This document shows, piece after piece, positions 13,392 through 26,270 of a stretch of DNA of 64,000 nucleotides. The stretch is taken from positions 1,240,001 to 1,304,000 of the forward strand of contig NC_087245.1 of NCBI RefSeq assembly GCF_037042905.1. The letters run 5' to 3'. The notes below the pieces were generated by a model that had not been told where the DNA came from, made no database searches, and saw only the letters and a list, made by a program, of their open reading frames with translations. A program made the position numbers and the translations under genes. Numbering within the stretch: position 1 is the stretch's first letter; every line of letters begins with the position of its first letter. The DNA comes from Lytechinus pictus. Taxonomy: Eukaryota.

Positions 13392-14164
13392 AGTTAATAA
13401 CTAAATACCATAACCCGAAAGTTTTCCTTTTCAATCAATGAGAATTTACATAAAAATCATAATGTAATGACATGTAATGGTTAAACAGTATAGGAGAAAA
13501 TGATGCTAGAAGTTGGCAAAGAAAAGCACACAACAACAACAATGGAGATAGGGTACATCATATACTAACAGTGTATAATCTTTTTTTCTTTCTCGGCATT
13601 AAGTGACTTCCTTTTATTGCTTGTATTGTATGATTATGTCTGTTGATTAATTATGGGTCCAAATTCAAACGCATAATATAAATCACAATAATCTTCATCT
13701 GCTGTAATCAGCTGCTGTGATTATTTAGTTAATCCTTTTCATTTCTCTGCATTAAGTGACTTTCCTCATATTTATTGTATTTTTATATGTCTGTTGATTA
13801 TGCAGAATAAAATCACCTTATCCGAAACGCACAGTAATCCATGTCACTTCAAATAACAAAATAATAAATGATAAAAAACAACTTCACAATGGTTAAAGAT
13901 CATCTGATCACAGGAGAACGGAATCAAATGATAAAATGCCAGATATGTTCCTTATTGCAAGGTGCATTTGCCCTAGGTGTCAGATATTTTAGAAATGTAA
14001 TTATGTATGAATGTATAATATAATTTATCAGCTGATTACTTTGGCAATATTTATTCCTACATGTCACTGAAGTACACGAAAACAATGCTAGGCAAGACGT
14101 GATCTTACACTTGTCTTCAATTCTTCAAAGTGCAGGATTGAGCCTATCGTAAGCATGCATTGTG

Positions 14165-15105
14165 TTATGACGGCCCTTCCGGCGGCCCGGATGAGCTTAT
14201 ATGCCGTGGCGTGGCCTCCATCGCCCGTCGTCTGTCGTCCGTCCACAATTTCAAAATGCTTCTTCGTCATTTCAAGTCCGATTTCAATTCTGTTTGCGTT
14301 ATATGATAGCAATAGGTGGGGATTCAGAACTTCTATACAGAATTTTGAAACTCATTAAATATGCTAATTTATGCGTATTTTTCAAAATTCACATATAATG
14401 CTTGTTCTTCTTTATTTGTTGACCGAATTTGTGTTTTTTTTCTTCCATCTGGTAGAGCTTCATGAGGTTCACCAAACTTCAACACAGAATTTTGAAATTT
14501 TTACTTGAAAATTATATATGCTAATTTATGCGAATTTTAACCATAATCACAAAAAATGCTTCTTCTTCTTTCTTTGTTGACCAATTTTTGTTATATATCT
14601 GGTAGAGGTACATGAGGGTCACCAAACTTCCACACAGAATTTTGAAATTTTGACTAGAAAATTATTAATCTAATTTATGCAAAATTATTCATTAATCACA
14701 AAAAATGTTTTTTCTCCTTCATTTGTTGATAAGTTTCAATTTGTTTGCTTTTTAACACAGAATTTTGAAACTCATTAAATATGCTAATTTATGCATATTT
14801 TACAAAACTCACTAAAAATGCTTCTTACTTATTTGTTGACTGATTTTGATTTCTTTTTTATTTTTGGTTCCATCTGAGAGAAACGTGAGTTTCACCAAGG
14901 TTCTACACAGAATTTAGAAATTTTGACTAGCAAATTATTTATGCTAATTCGAAATTTATTCATAAATCACAAAAAAATGCTTCTTCTTCTTTGTCATTTC
15001 TTCATCAATTTCAATTTTGTTTCCTCAACAGTGTCAACTGGCTGAAATTGTGTTAAATTTCATTGCAAGATGCCGGATGAGCTCTATATCATTGATGTGC
15101 TAGTT
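14165..15105 (+). mobile_element. DINE-1/Helentron-associated-like non-autonomous element with internal tandem repeats
   Basis: CCGGATGAGCT near both ends, GTC/GTCC microsatellite near the 5' end, internal ~120-140-bp subrepeats, ends CTAGTT. Confidence 0.55.
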
Positions 15106-15114
15106 TAGATAAAT

Positions 15115-16058
15115 AAACTCCTCAAAAAAAGTTTGGAGATCTGAATTTGATCGATAATCCCTCCTTGGTTTTAGTAAATTTCAATGTGTAATTAATATTA
15201 ATGAATATATCATTTAATTATCTTTAAAATGATACCCTACATGATATGATTATGGTTCACATGGAGGCGCAGTGCCTTGAAATGTGGGGCAAGGTCAAAA
15301 TTCAAAAGTGGCAAAATGACACAATATTGAAAGTCACTGTTCTTTTTTCCGTGGTGATGAGTGAGTTTCTCAGCGGTTTCTTTTGACTTTGATCGATAAT
15401 CCCTCCTCAGCTTTAGTAAATATCAATGTGTGATTAATATCAATAAATAGATCATTTAATTTTCTTTAAAACGATACCCTTCATGATATGATTATGGTTC
15501 ACGTGGAGGTGCAGTGCCTTGAAATGTGGGGCAAGGTCAAAATTCAAAAGTGGCAAAATGACACAATATTGAAAGTCACTGTTCCTCAGTGAGTTTCTCA
15601 GCGGTTTCCTTTAATTGTTTTCATGCACCAATCAAACACACCTCTGCACAAGCAAACACATAACAAACAAACAAACATGCATGGGTATTTCAAACCACGA
15701 CTCAGACCATGTTATCTCACATAACCACCACTACATAAACCACAACAAAACAAAAAAATGAAGAAGCAGGGGCTTGATTTGAATGGATTTTCATCTCTAT
15801 TGACACAGACAAAAGAATCATGTTCTGTATTGACCCTTCATGACTATTTCTGCTCGTTTTGCAGCTTTTCAATTTAGACCTTATCCAACACTTTTGGATC
15901 CTGCTCTTTTCGTGATGGCATGATCATAACAAGCATGGTATCATTTTAAAGAGAATTAAATGATCTTTTGAATGGTATCAAATATGCAATGTGTAAAATT
16001 GGGAGTTGGGAGAAATTAATGGCCAAACTGAGATTTCCAAACTTTTTTTGAGGGGTTT
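15115..16058. mobile_element. TA-flanked MITE (Tc1-like) with internal 241-bp-period duplication
   Basis: TIRs AAACTCCTCAAAAAAAGTTTGGAGATCT / AGATTTCCAAACTTTTTTTGAGGGGTTT; ~15147-15343 recurs at ~15388-15584. Confidence 0.7.
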
Positions 16059-16610
16059 ATAATGTAATGACACCTTCCCAGTATGGATTTCGCCAAGTGA
16101 TATGTTAAGAGCTTCATCCTTAAAAATCAAATGACCACCACTGAAAACCAACTACAAGGAAATAAATCTTTAATATAGGGAGCCAGAAGCTTGAATAAAT
16201 TACCTGATGACGTAATAAATAACTAGATTTGACATATTTAAATTGGACGCAAGAGTAGTGTGATCCCCCCCCCACACACACTTTTTGTGTTTTGTCGGTT
16301 TTTTAATGAATGCTTTCTCTTTCTTGTAATATTGGATGTTTTACTTGTACATTGAATCGTAATATTTTGTATGTCTCAATTCATGTAAATTTTTTTATCA
16401 TACACAGACGTTCTAAAGAACAGCCATTGGGTGATATACGTGTACCGTGTCGAAATAAAATAAATTAGATTAAATGAAATTACATCATTCTTTTTTTTTA
16501 TCAATACATGTTCGTTGATTGATATCCAACATGCAGCTATCTTTGGGAAAATTGTATGCCTATTTTAAGTGTGTATTTTTTTAACATTAAGTTTTAATTA
16601 CCCTCCACAG

Positions 16611-18796
16611 ATATCTTAACGTGTGAACGTGGAGACGGGAATCACACCTCATCACTCGACCTGACATGTCCGAATCGTGATCATCCCTTCAGCTGCAAGA
16701 CGGAGCATAAAAAGACTTGCCGATGCGATTCAAACTGTTTCTTCTTTGAAGACTGTTGTCCAGACATTGAGGGGAAGGCCCCGAGTAACCATAGTAACTT
16801 GTTCAACAAATCATTCAAACCTTATATAACATGCAGTGGTGTAGTTAAAACAAACTACAATGATAAACCTCCAACTAACTCATCATATATGTATTACCTA
16901 ATCTCAAAATGCCCTGAATACGTTTCATCGGAAAGTACGGTTAAACAGAACTGCGAATTGTCATCTTATGCAGGTCCTGATGTCCTTATCACCCCAATAT
17001 ATGTAAGAGGCGTTGGTCATTTTAAGAATGTATATTGTGTTATATGCCATGGCATTAAACCTCAACCTGGTGATTTACATGTATGGAGGTGGAATTGGAA
17101 ATGTAAGCGCGATGCTATTTTTGGAGACGAAGGAAATGAACCCAGTTCAAGCGATTATGAGAATGATGAACCGGCTGAGATTCCAACCAACTTTGACTTC
17201 AAAGGGGCAGGATGCAAACATTATTTGAATTACACGGAAAACTTTTATGCGCAAGTATGTGAAAGTGTTGATGTTTCCATGTGTTCATCTATTTATTCCT
17301 CCAAGTACAGAGCGCAAGTCAAATGTCCTCCTTATCTTGCTCCCATCAAATATCATGGTATTACATACAAGAACTTAGCATGCCTCTATTGCAATGTCGA
17401 AGAATATGAGGTGGATATATGTACAGAAAAAGAAGTTTTATGTAGGTCAGTAGAACCAACGCAAGAAGTGGCCGGTAAGGATACCGGAATAGGAAGTTTA
17501 TCAGATTATTTCGTATTCGGAAACAAAGCTGCCTTTCGAAGATGTTTGTGCAATCCAGATCAATTTTTCAATGAAGAAACAAGGCAATGCCAGGATATCC
17601 ACTGTCCGCATCTTTTTTCTGAATACAGCACTAAAAGTAAGGTTTGTGTAGATTTGGACCAAGGATTCAATACACGTTTGTCATTTAATGCATGTGGTAA
17701 CCCTCAAACAAGTTTACTTTCATTGGATGACACAACAATCCTCTGGGAGATAGTAGAATCTCTCATTCTGGATATTCCATACAACACACTATCCATTATC
17801 CGCCATGATCGGAGCAGAATTTACTGCAACAATATCGATGGACACATCGAAAGTACTGGTTGTAACAGTGATGCAAAGGAGATTGAGTGTCGTGTCTATT
17901 TTCAATATGAAAAAGACTCTTTACCTGATAAGAAAAACAACCACAGTGAACATTGTTCTTCTGATGGACTATTAATCGGCAATGTATCCTACCAATATTT
18001 ACCGTCATTCGGCAACATCTGTGTGACAAATATAGCTTTAAGAGTAGACCAAGGCTGTGAGATTATGTTTTCTACCGAGAACGAATGTTCGTCAGAACTT
18101 TTTCAAAGAACGAACTCTACCCGGGACTCTACCATGTCTAGAGAAATACTGAGTATCGTATCGTTGATAGGAAGTACTTTCTCAATGCTTGCTTTGCTCT
18201 TTGTTATCATCACGTATTCTATGTTTTCGAAACTCCGCAGCCTAGCAGGAAAATCACTCCTTTGCCTGTGTTCCGCACTCTTTGTATCATATTTATTGAT
18301 AGCTTTAGGAAATGTTAGCAGGAACATCAGTACTCTCTGCATCGTCATGGCCGTCTTCAATCATTTCTTCTTGCTCTCGTTTTTCTTCTGGATGAACGCT
18401 CTTGCTCTTGACTTTTGCCGGACTTTTGGCACATGCGCCACATTAAAAAGGAGGAGTAACTCCCAAAAGTCGTTCATCAAATTTTCTCTTTACGCCTGGG
18501 GCATTCCAGCAGCTATTGTTGGTGTTGGCCTCTTCATCGATAAGTTTACCACCCTTGACTATACGTACGGAAGCAGCAACCATGGTGGTGGTGAAATATG
18601 TTGGTTGAACGCTAATTGGTATTCAGTTTTATTTGGCGTTGGCCTACCTATGGCAGGACTCTTAATCATGAATGTGGCTTTGTTCATTGATACTGTAATA
18701 GGAATAAAGCAACAAAAGAAGGCAGGTGAGATAGCAAGGAAGTCAGAAAGTTCTGCTGCACATAAAACTGCGAAGGAGGTTTTGCTTTTCATTAAG
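16611..18796 (+). CDS. 7TM receptor coding exon 2: somatomedin-B-like domain, Cys-rich ectodomain, TM1-5 of a class B (adhesion/Methuselah-like) GPCR
   Basis: CCACAG acceptor; CRCDSNCFFFEDCCPD is in frame with ORF 16799-18853; LRSLAGK, HFFLLSFFFWMN, YAWGIP and CWL motifs; AAG|GTAGGC donor. Confidence 0.92.
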
Positions 18797-18844
18797 GTAG
18801 GCAAACACAATTGTCTGGTTTTATACTTTTTTGACAGCTTTGTA

Positions 18845-19077
18845 CATTGTTAAAAATAATTTAAACAACGCTGTTTAATGTGTGAATCGCACAGTAGTTC
18901 ACATTTTAAACAAGTGTTTAAAATCTTAAACAAGAAAGTTTAAATTCAAATATTTAATTATCAATAATTTAAGCATGGTTGTTTAAGATTTTAAACACTT
19001 GTTTAAACTGTTTAGACAACTGCTGTGCGATTCACATAGTAAACAGCGTTTTTAAATCTGAATTATTCTTAACAGTG
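18845..19077. mobile_element. Palindromic MITE, TA-flanked
   Basis: CATTGTTAA...TTAACAGTG termini; near-complete fold-back. Confidence 0.7.
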
Positions 19078-19106
19078 TAATAGTGTATGTACTATGTAAT
19101 CATTAA

Positions 19107-19717
19107 AGGACAAGTCCACCCCAACAAAAAGTTGATTTGAATAAAAAGAGAAAAATCCAACAAGCATGACAAGTATAACACTAAAAATTTCATCAAAATC
19201 AGTTGAAAAATAAAAAAATTATGACATTTTAAATTTTGCTGGATTTCACAAAACAATATGCACATTATGGTCCGTATATGCAAATGAGGAGACTGATGAC
19301 ATCATCCACTCACTATTTCTATTGTATTTTGTTACATGAAATATTCTAATTTTCTCCTCATTATCAAATGAAGCAATGATTAATTCCTCCCTGAGCCTGT
19401 GGAACTAGCATTGTTTAACACTATATGGTTCAGTCAAGTTGATCCTTATTGTCAAATATGTAAAACAAAAAATGAAATATTGTATATATGATTCAAACAA
19501 AAAAATATAGTGAGTGGAGGACATCGTCGACTGTCTCATTTGCATATCACTGAATCGTGCATATCACTGTTTTGTGAAAAATAATCAAAACTTTACAATG
19601 TCATAACTTTCTTAGTTTACATCCGATTTTGATGAAATTTTCAGCGTCGTCATGGTCGTGCTAGTTTGATTTTTCTGCATTTATTCAAATCAACATTTTC
19701 TGGAGTGGACTTGACTT
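19107..19717 (+). mobile_element. TTAA MITE family A (Kolobok-like), copy 1
   Basis: TTAA-AGGACAAGTCCACCCC start with long TIRs; ~610 bp. Confidence 0.85.
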
Positions 19718-20205
19718 TTGATAGTATATTTTTTGCATTTTCCCCTTTTTTATATGCTTTCCAATCTGAATTAAGAGAAGATCAGTATTTGCAATGTATA
19801 TGCTTATCTTTTCTTCAATGTAATTTATAGAAATATCTGTCACATGTACCTTGTTATGATTATTTTCATTTTATATATGATAACGCAAACTATTTATATT
19901 AATTTTGATAATGCATGAATACAAAATTCTGTATCCATCTATTTAGGCAAGTTTGTTTTAAATATTTTAATTTCTTAATTTCTTACGCATTGTGTCATTA
20001 TCCAATTGATTATCATATATTCTTCTGCAATTCAGCCTTAGGCTGCGAATGAATTTTCAACAAACCATTACCATACCATATACCATTGTATGTACTATGA
20101 AAGTTGTTAACAGATCATAAAAGCAGCGGATATATCCCACATTAAATAATGTCTTATTTTATTTTACCCTTGGGCAAAACAGAGGTTTATCTAATGATAT
20201 AGGTA

Positions 20206-20273
20206 TATAGGCGGATCTGGGGGGGGGGGCGAGGGGCCCGTCCCCCTATTGGCGAAGGCTGGATCCGCCCCTG
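20206..20273. mobile_element. 68-bp ends-only derivative of the GGCGGATCC-TIR element family
   Basis: Left half matches the start at 56929; right half is the reverse complement of the start at 57252. Confidence 0.7.
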
Positions 20274-20499
20274 ATATAGTCATTGAGGTGGTTCAACCAA
20301 CCCAGTCTCACGATATTTCAAGCAGTAAACAAGGGGATAGATTGGCAAAACGAGGAAGAAGGGGAAAGAAAGCATAACCCCGGCTATTCAAGTAAAAAAA
20401 TAACGCAATCTTTGAGTTGTCTGCCCCCCCCCCTTAGATATCCTGGCGACGCCCCTAAGACATGTATTATGATTGAATGCAAACAGGCACCTAGCTTAA

Positions 20500-21082
20500 A
20501 GGGATGGTCCGGGCTGAAAGTATTTATAGCTTAATAAATAGAGTAGAATTCACTGAGCAAAATGCCAAAAATTTCATCAAAAATCGGATAACAAATAACA
20601 AAGTTATTGAATTTTAAAGTTTAGCAATATTTTGGGAAAACAGTCGTCATGAATATTCATTAGGTGGGCTGATGATGTCACATCTCCACTTGTTCTTTTG
20701 TATTTTATTATATAAAATGAGGTTTATTCAATTTTTTTCCTCCAAGAAGTAGACAAATTGGAATGACAATGATTTAGTGCATTAGATATTTATTGCTGCA
20801 ACTTATTTCATTATAAGGGAGAAATATTATTCACACAAGTATGAAATAATGAAAAAAAATATGATTTTATGTAATAACATAAGAAAACGGAAAGTGGAGA
20901 TGTGACATCATCAGCCCACCTCATGAATATTCATGACGACTGTTTTCACAAAATATTGCTAAACTTTAAACTTCAATAACTTTATTATTTGTTATCCGAT
21001 TTTGATGAAATTTTCGGCATTTTGCTCAGTGAATTCTACTCTATGTATTAAGATATAAATATTTTCAACCCGGACCATCCCT
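20500..21082. mobile_element. TTAA MITE family B (Kolobok-like), intact copy
   Basis: TTAA-AGGGATGGTCCGGG...CCCGGACCATCCCT-TTAA with ~190-bp TIRs; decayed relatives at ~21752-22285 and flanking the Penelope-like element. Confidence 0.9.
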
Positions 21083-22379
21083 TTAACCCGAACTAGGCTA
21101 GACTTTGGGGCTATGCTATAGGGGGGGGGGGGCATTTGAGAGGTAATTGAGCGGTTTACAGCTACCGTATTCGAAACAATACTACTATCATGACTATTGC
21201 CAGATATCCTCTACAAGACTGATTAATACAATTTCTGAAATTAATTGTGTTTTCAATAGGTAATTCTGCTAGTTTATGCATAAGATGAAAGATTTGCTCT
21301 GATTAAATACTGCTCCAGAATTGTTAATTTTCTATTCACATTTTTTAATTTCTAGACTTTATTCTGATCATACAAACAAGACAAAATTGATTGAGTTTAA
21401 TGAGTAAAAGTGGAAATAAAGATAAGCCTTACATTTAGGAATATTAGATAAAAAAAAAAAATTACATTGAATTTGTACATGATTTCACGTTCTTGTGCAG
21501 TCTGGAATCTGGCATACACTTTTTCAGAAAAAAGTTGCGCAAGACTTGAAAGAAAAAAGCATGTGGATAATGCGGCGCCAGGTTTTTCGCGTTACCGATT
21601 CATTGCGAAAAAAATGTAGAGGGTATGGATTCCAGCCCAGCCTTTTTAGGGTTAAACTAACACATCCCGACCATGAACCCTTTATCTATGGCTAGCATGG
21701 TTTGGTTTCAGAGGGTACATGCTATAGACTGGACCGTGTAAATGTAACAATTGAAGGGATCGGCTGAAAATGATATGATATGAACGGATACAGTAAAATC
21801 AGAAAATTTCATCAAAATCGGACAAGGAATAACAAAGTTACTTTGGTGAAACCATGGAGCTATCTGTGTTTTATAGCTCCATGGTGAAACAATATATTCT
21901 ATGCATTTCTGCATGAATATGTAATAAACAAGCCAATGATGTCATATCCCACTTGTTTTTTTCTTCTTGTATTTAATGATAAATAATACCAACATGCGTC
22001 CTTCATGTCCTAATCTGCAACTTATTTTGTTGCAAGAGAGACACATCATACACACAATATCATAAAAAAGGAAAGTGAGGAATGACATCATCAACTCACC
22101 TACTGAATCATTCATGACGGCATGGATGTAACTGTTTTCACAAAGTAAATAATGCTAATCCTCAAAAATCAGTAAATTCGTTATTTGTTATCCTATAAAT
22201 ATTGATGAAATTTTCAGCGTTTTGCTCATTGAATTTTACTCTATTTCTTATAGGTATATTGATTTTCAGGCTGGAGTTCACATTGAAAGTGCTTACCATG
22301 CAGGCGTTCTTGAAAGTGCATATACATTTGTATTTGGTTTCTGATTAATTTTGTCTTGTTTGTATCTTTCCATTTTCAG

Positions 22380-22640
22380 ATTTGTAGCGTGATGGGACTG
22401 ACCTGGCTATTAGCCTTTATTAAAGGCTTTGTTGATAATATCTGGCTCTCTTATTTCTTCGTTGTCGTCAACTCCCTTCAGGGTGTCTACATACTAATAA
22501 CGTTCGGTCGGAGTAGAAAAATCAACACCCTTTGGAAAGAAAAATTGGGAATTAAACCATGCAGCCCCAAATCAAGTAACCGGACTACTAACTATACAAG
22601 GTTCTTTAAATCTAGTTCAAGCAAGGATGAAAGCTTATGA
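22380..22640 (+). CDS. 7TM receptor coding exon 3 (TM6-7, C-tail)
   Basis: Polypyrimidine tract and TTTCAG acceptor, phase 0; MGLTW and NSLQGVYI motifs typical of class B GPCR TM6/7; ends in TGA. Confidence 0.92.
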   Translation: MCSVMGLTWLLAFIKGFVDNIWLSYFFVVVNSLQGVYILITFGRSRKINTLWKEKLGIKPCSPKSSNRTTNYTRFFKSSSSKDESL

Positions 22641-23573
22641 AAATGGGGGAAAAATTTAATGAAAAAGTTGCCTGATTTAAATTTGAAACGGTCATCGTAA
22701 TAATTTTCAGCCTATGGAGTACACATTAAAAGTGCTCAATTCCTTAGTTCTATTGATATTATGTAGTGAATATTAATATTCCCCCTAGACTTCTTACCAT
22801 TATGATTATATCTTAATGTGTTAAGTGCATTGAAATATTAATGGAATGCGCTATATAAATGTAACTTGTATTGTATATATGGATTTAGTCTAGTATTTGA
22901 AGGGACATTGTAAATATACATAGGAATAAAAAAGTATTTATTTATTTGTCCATGAAATGGAAATTTGTATTGTTTACATGTGGTTGTTAGAAACATAATT
23001 AGATACAGTTTATTGTATGGAATTATAGAAAATGCAAAAATAACAATAAACATGTATATTATATGATTATAAGAGAATAATTAGCCTTTAGAAATATGCT
23101 TATTTTTTCTGAGCGGAATTCATAAGAATATTTGACAAAATTATTTGATTGCAATTATGGGGATATTTTTTGTCATTATTAGATTGATTTAATTATAAAG
23201 GTAATATAAATAATCTTGTGCCAACATAACATTTCAATAATTCCCTATCGTTTCAGATTTTCAAATTATATGATTTCAATTTTTATTTTAAATTATCAAT
23301 TTCGAAATTGCTACGGACAGAGCGCTTACGCATACGATGGTATGTGTTATATATCGAAGAGGGACCAAAAATCTTAATGACACTGTTCTGATCGTACATC
23401 TGTCTTTAAGGTTAACGACCTTAATACGATTTGTAAAGAAATTATATTACCCGGGATTACCCCCACGCTTAACAAAATTGTAGAGGCTACGGAGATCGTT
23501 TCCGAACGATAAACTTTCGATAGTTGCATGTCATTCCAGGCTGATCGTGCGATTATATATCGGATACGAGCTA

Positions 23574-23977
23574 CACGGGGGGGGGGGGCAGTCAAATGTA
23601 TTGCTGTACACATGCGTGACCAAATTACTTCCAAACACCCCCTAAACGAGTTTTTCTCTGTGTGCAAAATAACCCCCTAAACAAAATTTTTCGCGGTCTT
23701 CATTTGCACATTTTGGCCCCTAAACAGGTTGTCGCCAGACTATGACCCCGGGGAAAATGCTTGGAGAAAAACATACTCTAAATACGTTTGACCCCGCGAT
23801 TGACCACTGACCAGCCTTTCAAAACCACCCTTTAAAAAAAATCATTGTTTTTTATACCCTTAACGGGTGCACGCGCGGCCCGCAGCCAAAACTGAAAAAA
23901 AAAACGCCCCTTTAAACGCATTTTTTTGGTCACGCATGCGTACAGCAATATATTTGACTGCCCCCTTCACCCCCTGG
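23574..23977. mobile_element. MITE with poly-G/poly-C termini and 8-bp TSD
   Basis: TIR (G)nCAGTCAAAT.TATTGCTGTAC; ACGAGCTA at 23566-23573 and 23978-23985; second copy at 51410-52460. Confidence 0.8.
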
Positions 23978-24334
23978 ACGAGCTATAGGGTCATGATGTT
24001 CGAAGACCAAATGGAAACGGGTTTATTACGATGTTCTTCTCTACGTTCGTGTTCTGTTATGGCCATTTTAAGAACCCAGAAAAACACAACTCAAAGTCAT
24101 TTAACATGAGATCAAAGCATGCCAAGGAGCTGACCATCACTAGGCCAAAATTTTAAAGCGAATTCCTTGGCGGTAGATCTCCCGCCCATCTAAAATTCTC
24201 AGGCCTCGACCGCGCGATCTTGCTGAAATCAGAACACAGGGATCGAGACGTTATCTACCATTTTCTTTTCATAGCGTTTTTTTCTCACTAAACGAATCAT
24301 TAGGTACTAAAATATGCTAATTAATGAAAATCCA

Positions 24335-24591
24335 TAATTTATTGTTCGAAATAGACATTAAACATGTTAAATGAATACTCCGAAAATTTGCTTTGCCCAA
24401 TTGATCGTGGGCCCGGCAGCCGCTGTGCAGCGCCTGATCGACGAGGCTCTATCCCTTTAATCGTTGAACGCCAAACAGGGTAGCAGCAACTCCCATCTTT
24501 TAACGTCTTTTGGTCTGACGCGGCCGGGGTTTGAACCCCCGACCTCCCGGTTGTGAGACGGACGCTCTACCAACTGACCCAACACACCGGT
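24335..24591 (-). mobile_element. tRNA-derived SINE
   Basis: Minus strand ACCGGTGTGTTGGGTCAGTTGGTAGAGCG...GGTTCAAACCCC gives Pol III A and B boxes, followed by a non-tRNA body; 3' limit approximate. Confidence 0.75.
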
Positions 24592-24699
24592 ATGCGTAAA
24601 TCTGATTTTTTTTTTTGCTATTGATTGATTGCTTTTATTTCTGCATTCACTGCATCAGATGTAAGCTTACATGGTAATTTGTACATACTGTTATATGTA

Positions 24700-26270
24700 A
24701 TATTATATGACAAAATTAATTAAAGTTGTAGTATAAACATTGGATCAATAGTATTTTTTAATGTATTACTCATTAAACAAAATGACAGTTTAAAAGAATG
24801 CAGAAGACCGCCACCGTGAGCGATTAGGCTTGATATTGATGGCGTCATCGTAAAAAGACAAGTATTTCTTCATTGATCAAGTGGGTGCAATGCAGGTGCA
24901 GTTGCAGTAGGCAGCAGTTGATGTTTCAACCTAAGAGAGTGATGCATAAGATGACGTTTCTTTTAAGATAAGCTTTCAAGGAGTATATTGTTGAGCATGA
25001 TTCAAAATTGTTTGGAAAATTGCTCCAAATATCGGGACCATATAAAGTCTAATCGATTTATGAGTTATATGCAGATTGGATAGGAGTGGACAGTGGACAG
25101 AACTGTTAAACCTATTAAACATAATTATCAAAAAATGCAGGGAGTTGATTATTAATGTACTTGAACATAAAGATTGCTATTTTTATCGTATTTATGTAAA
25201 AAATAAAGTTTTAAGTTTATGCAACAGGGGGTCAGTGTGAGCTGAGTAATGTGACCCTGTACACAAACGGATTTGTACAATAAGAATAATGTTTAATGAT
25301 AATAATACATGAGACTTGTATAGCGCACTTTCCACCTTGATTAGATGTTCAAGGCTCTTCAGAGCAGAACAACAAAATATGTCTGAACAATAAGTCAATG
25401 TCTATCAAAAAGCACTATACAGGTATGTTTTCAGGTTGCCCTTGAAGGTGGTCACTGAAGTCTGGGTTTTAAAACTCTAATGAGGAAGAAGGAATTTTAA
25501 CTTGGAAATTATCCCAGTACTTTTTGAAACACACCTTATAACATGATGTATGTGTTCCAGGTCAAAAATTCATCTATGATTACACCTAAAAATGTTATTT
25601 TTCTGTTCTAATGGTGTGCCGTCAAATGTTAATGTAAATCGATGTGTTATTACTATTGGAATGATGTATAAAATACATGAATATGCCTAGTATTAAGGGA
25701 AAGTTTATTGGTTTTGAACCAATTTGATACGTTGTTGATTTGTCGTATTTTTTTATAATTTGTTATATAATGAATTAAGTTCTTTGTGAGAATAAGATAT
25801 ATGTGTGTCGTCAGCAAATGGGGAAAAGAACAAGTGAGAGGAGGTTTGGATAATGTAATTAACATACAGTAAAAATAAAAGTGGGCATAAAATGAAACCC
25901 TGAGGAACACCGCAACGAACAAAAAGGAATCAGAGGCTTGCCATCGATTATTTAAGTAATCTTTAAACTATGAAAGAGATTTACCACTTATTCCATAATT
26001 GAGTTTAGAAAGTAAAATATCGTGGTTATGGGTGTCAAATGCTTTACTAAGATCACAGAAAATACAAATCACGTGTTCTTTGTTAGCTATGTCATTTGTA
26101 AATTTGTCATAAATTTGAAGTAATAGGCCCTACTAAATCTGTTAAGTAGTTTTTCCTGAAACCATATTGATTGGAGTTAAGAATTTTGCATTTGTTGATA
26201 AATTTAAAAGTCTCGCGTAACTATTTGTTCTCGGATTTTTTCAAACAATATAAATCTCCAAATGTGTTTA
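24700..26270 (-). pseudogene. Heavily decayed CR1/L2-type RT and 3' region
   Basis: Fragments DLSKAFDT, NWFKTNKLSLN and HYSAHTDPL; similar to 60011-60553. Confidence 0.7.
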
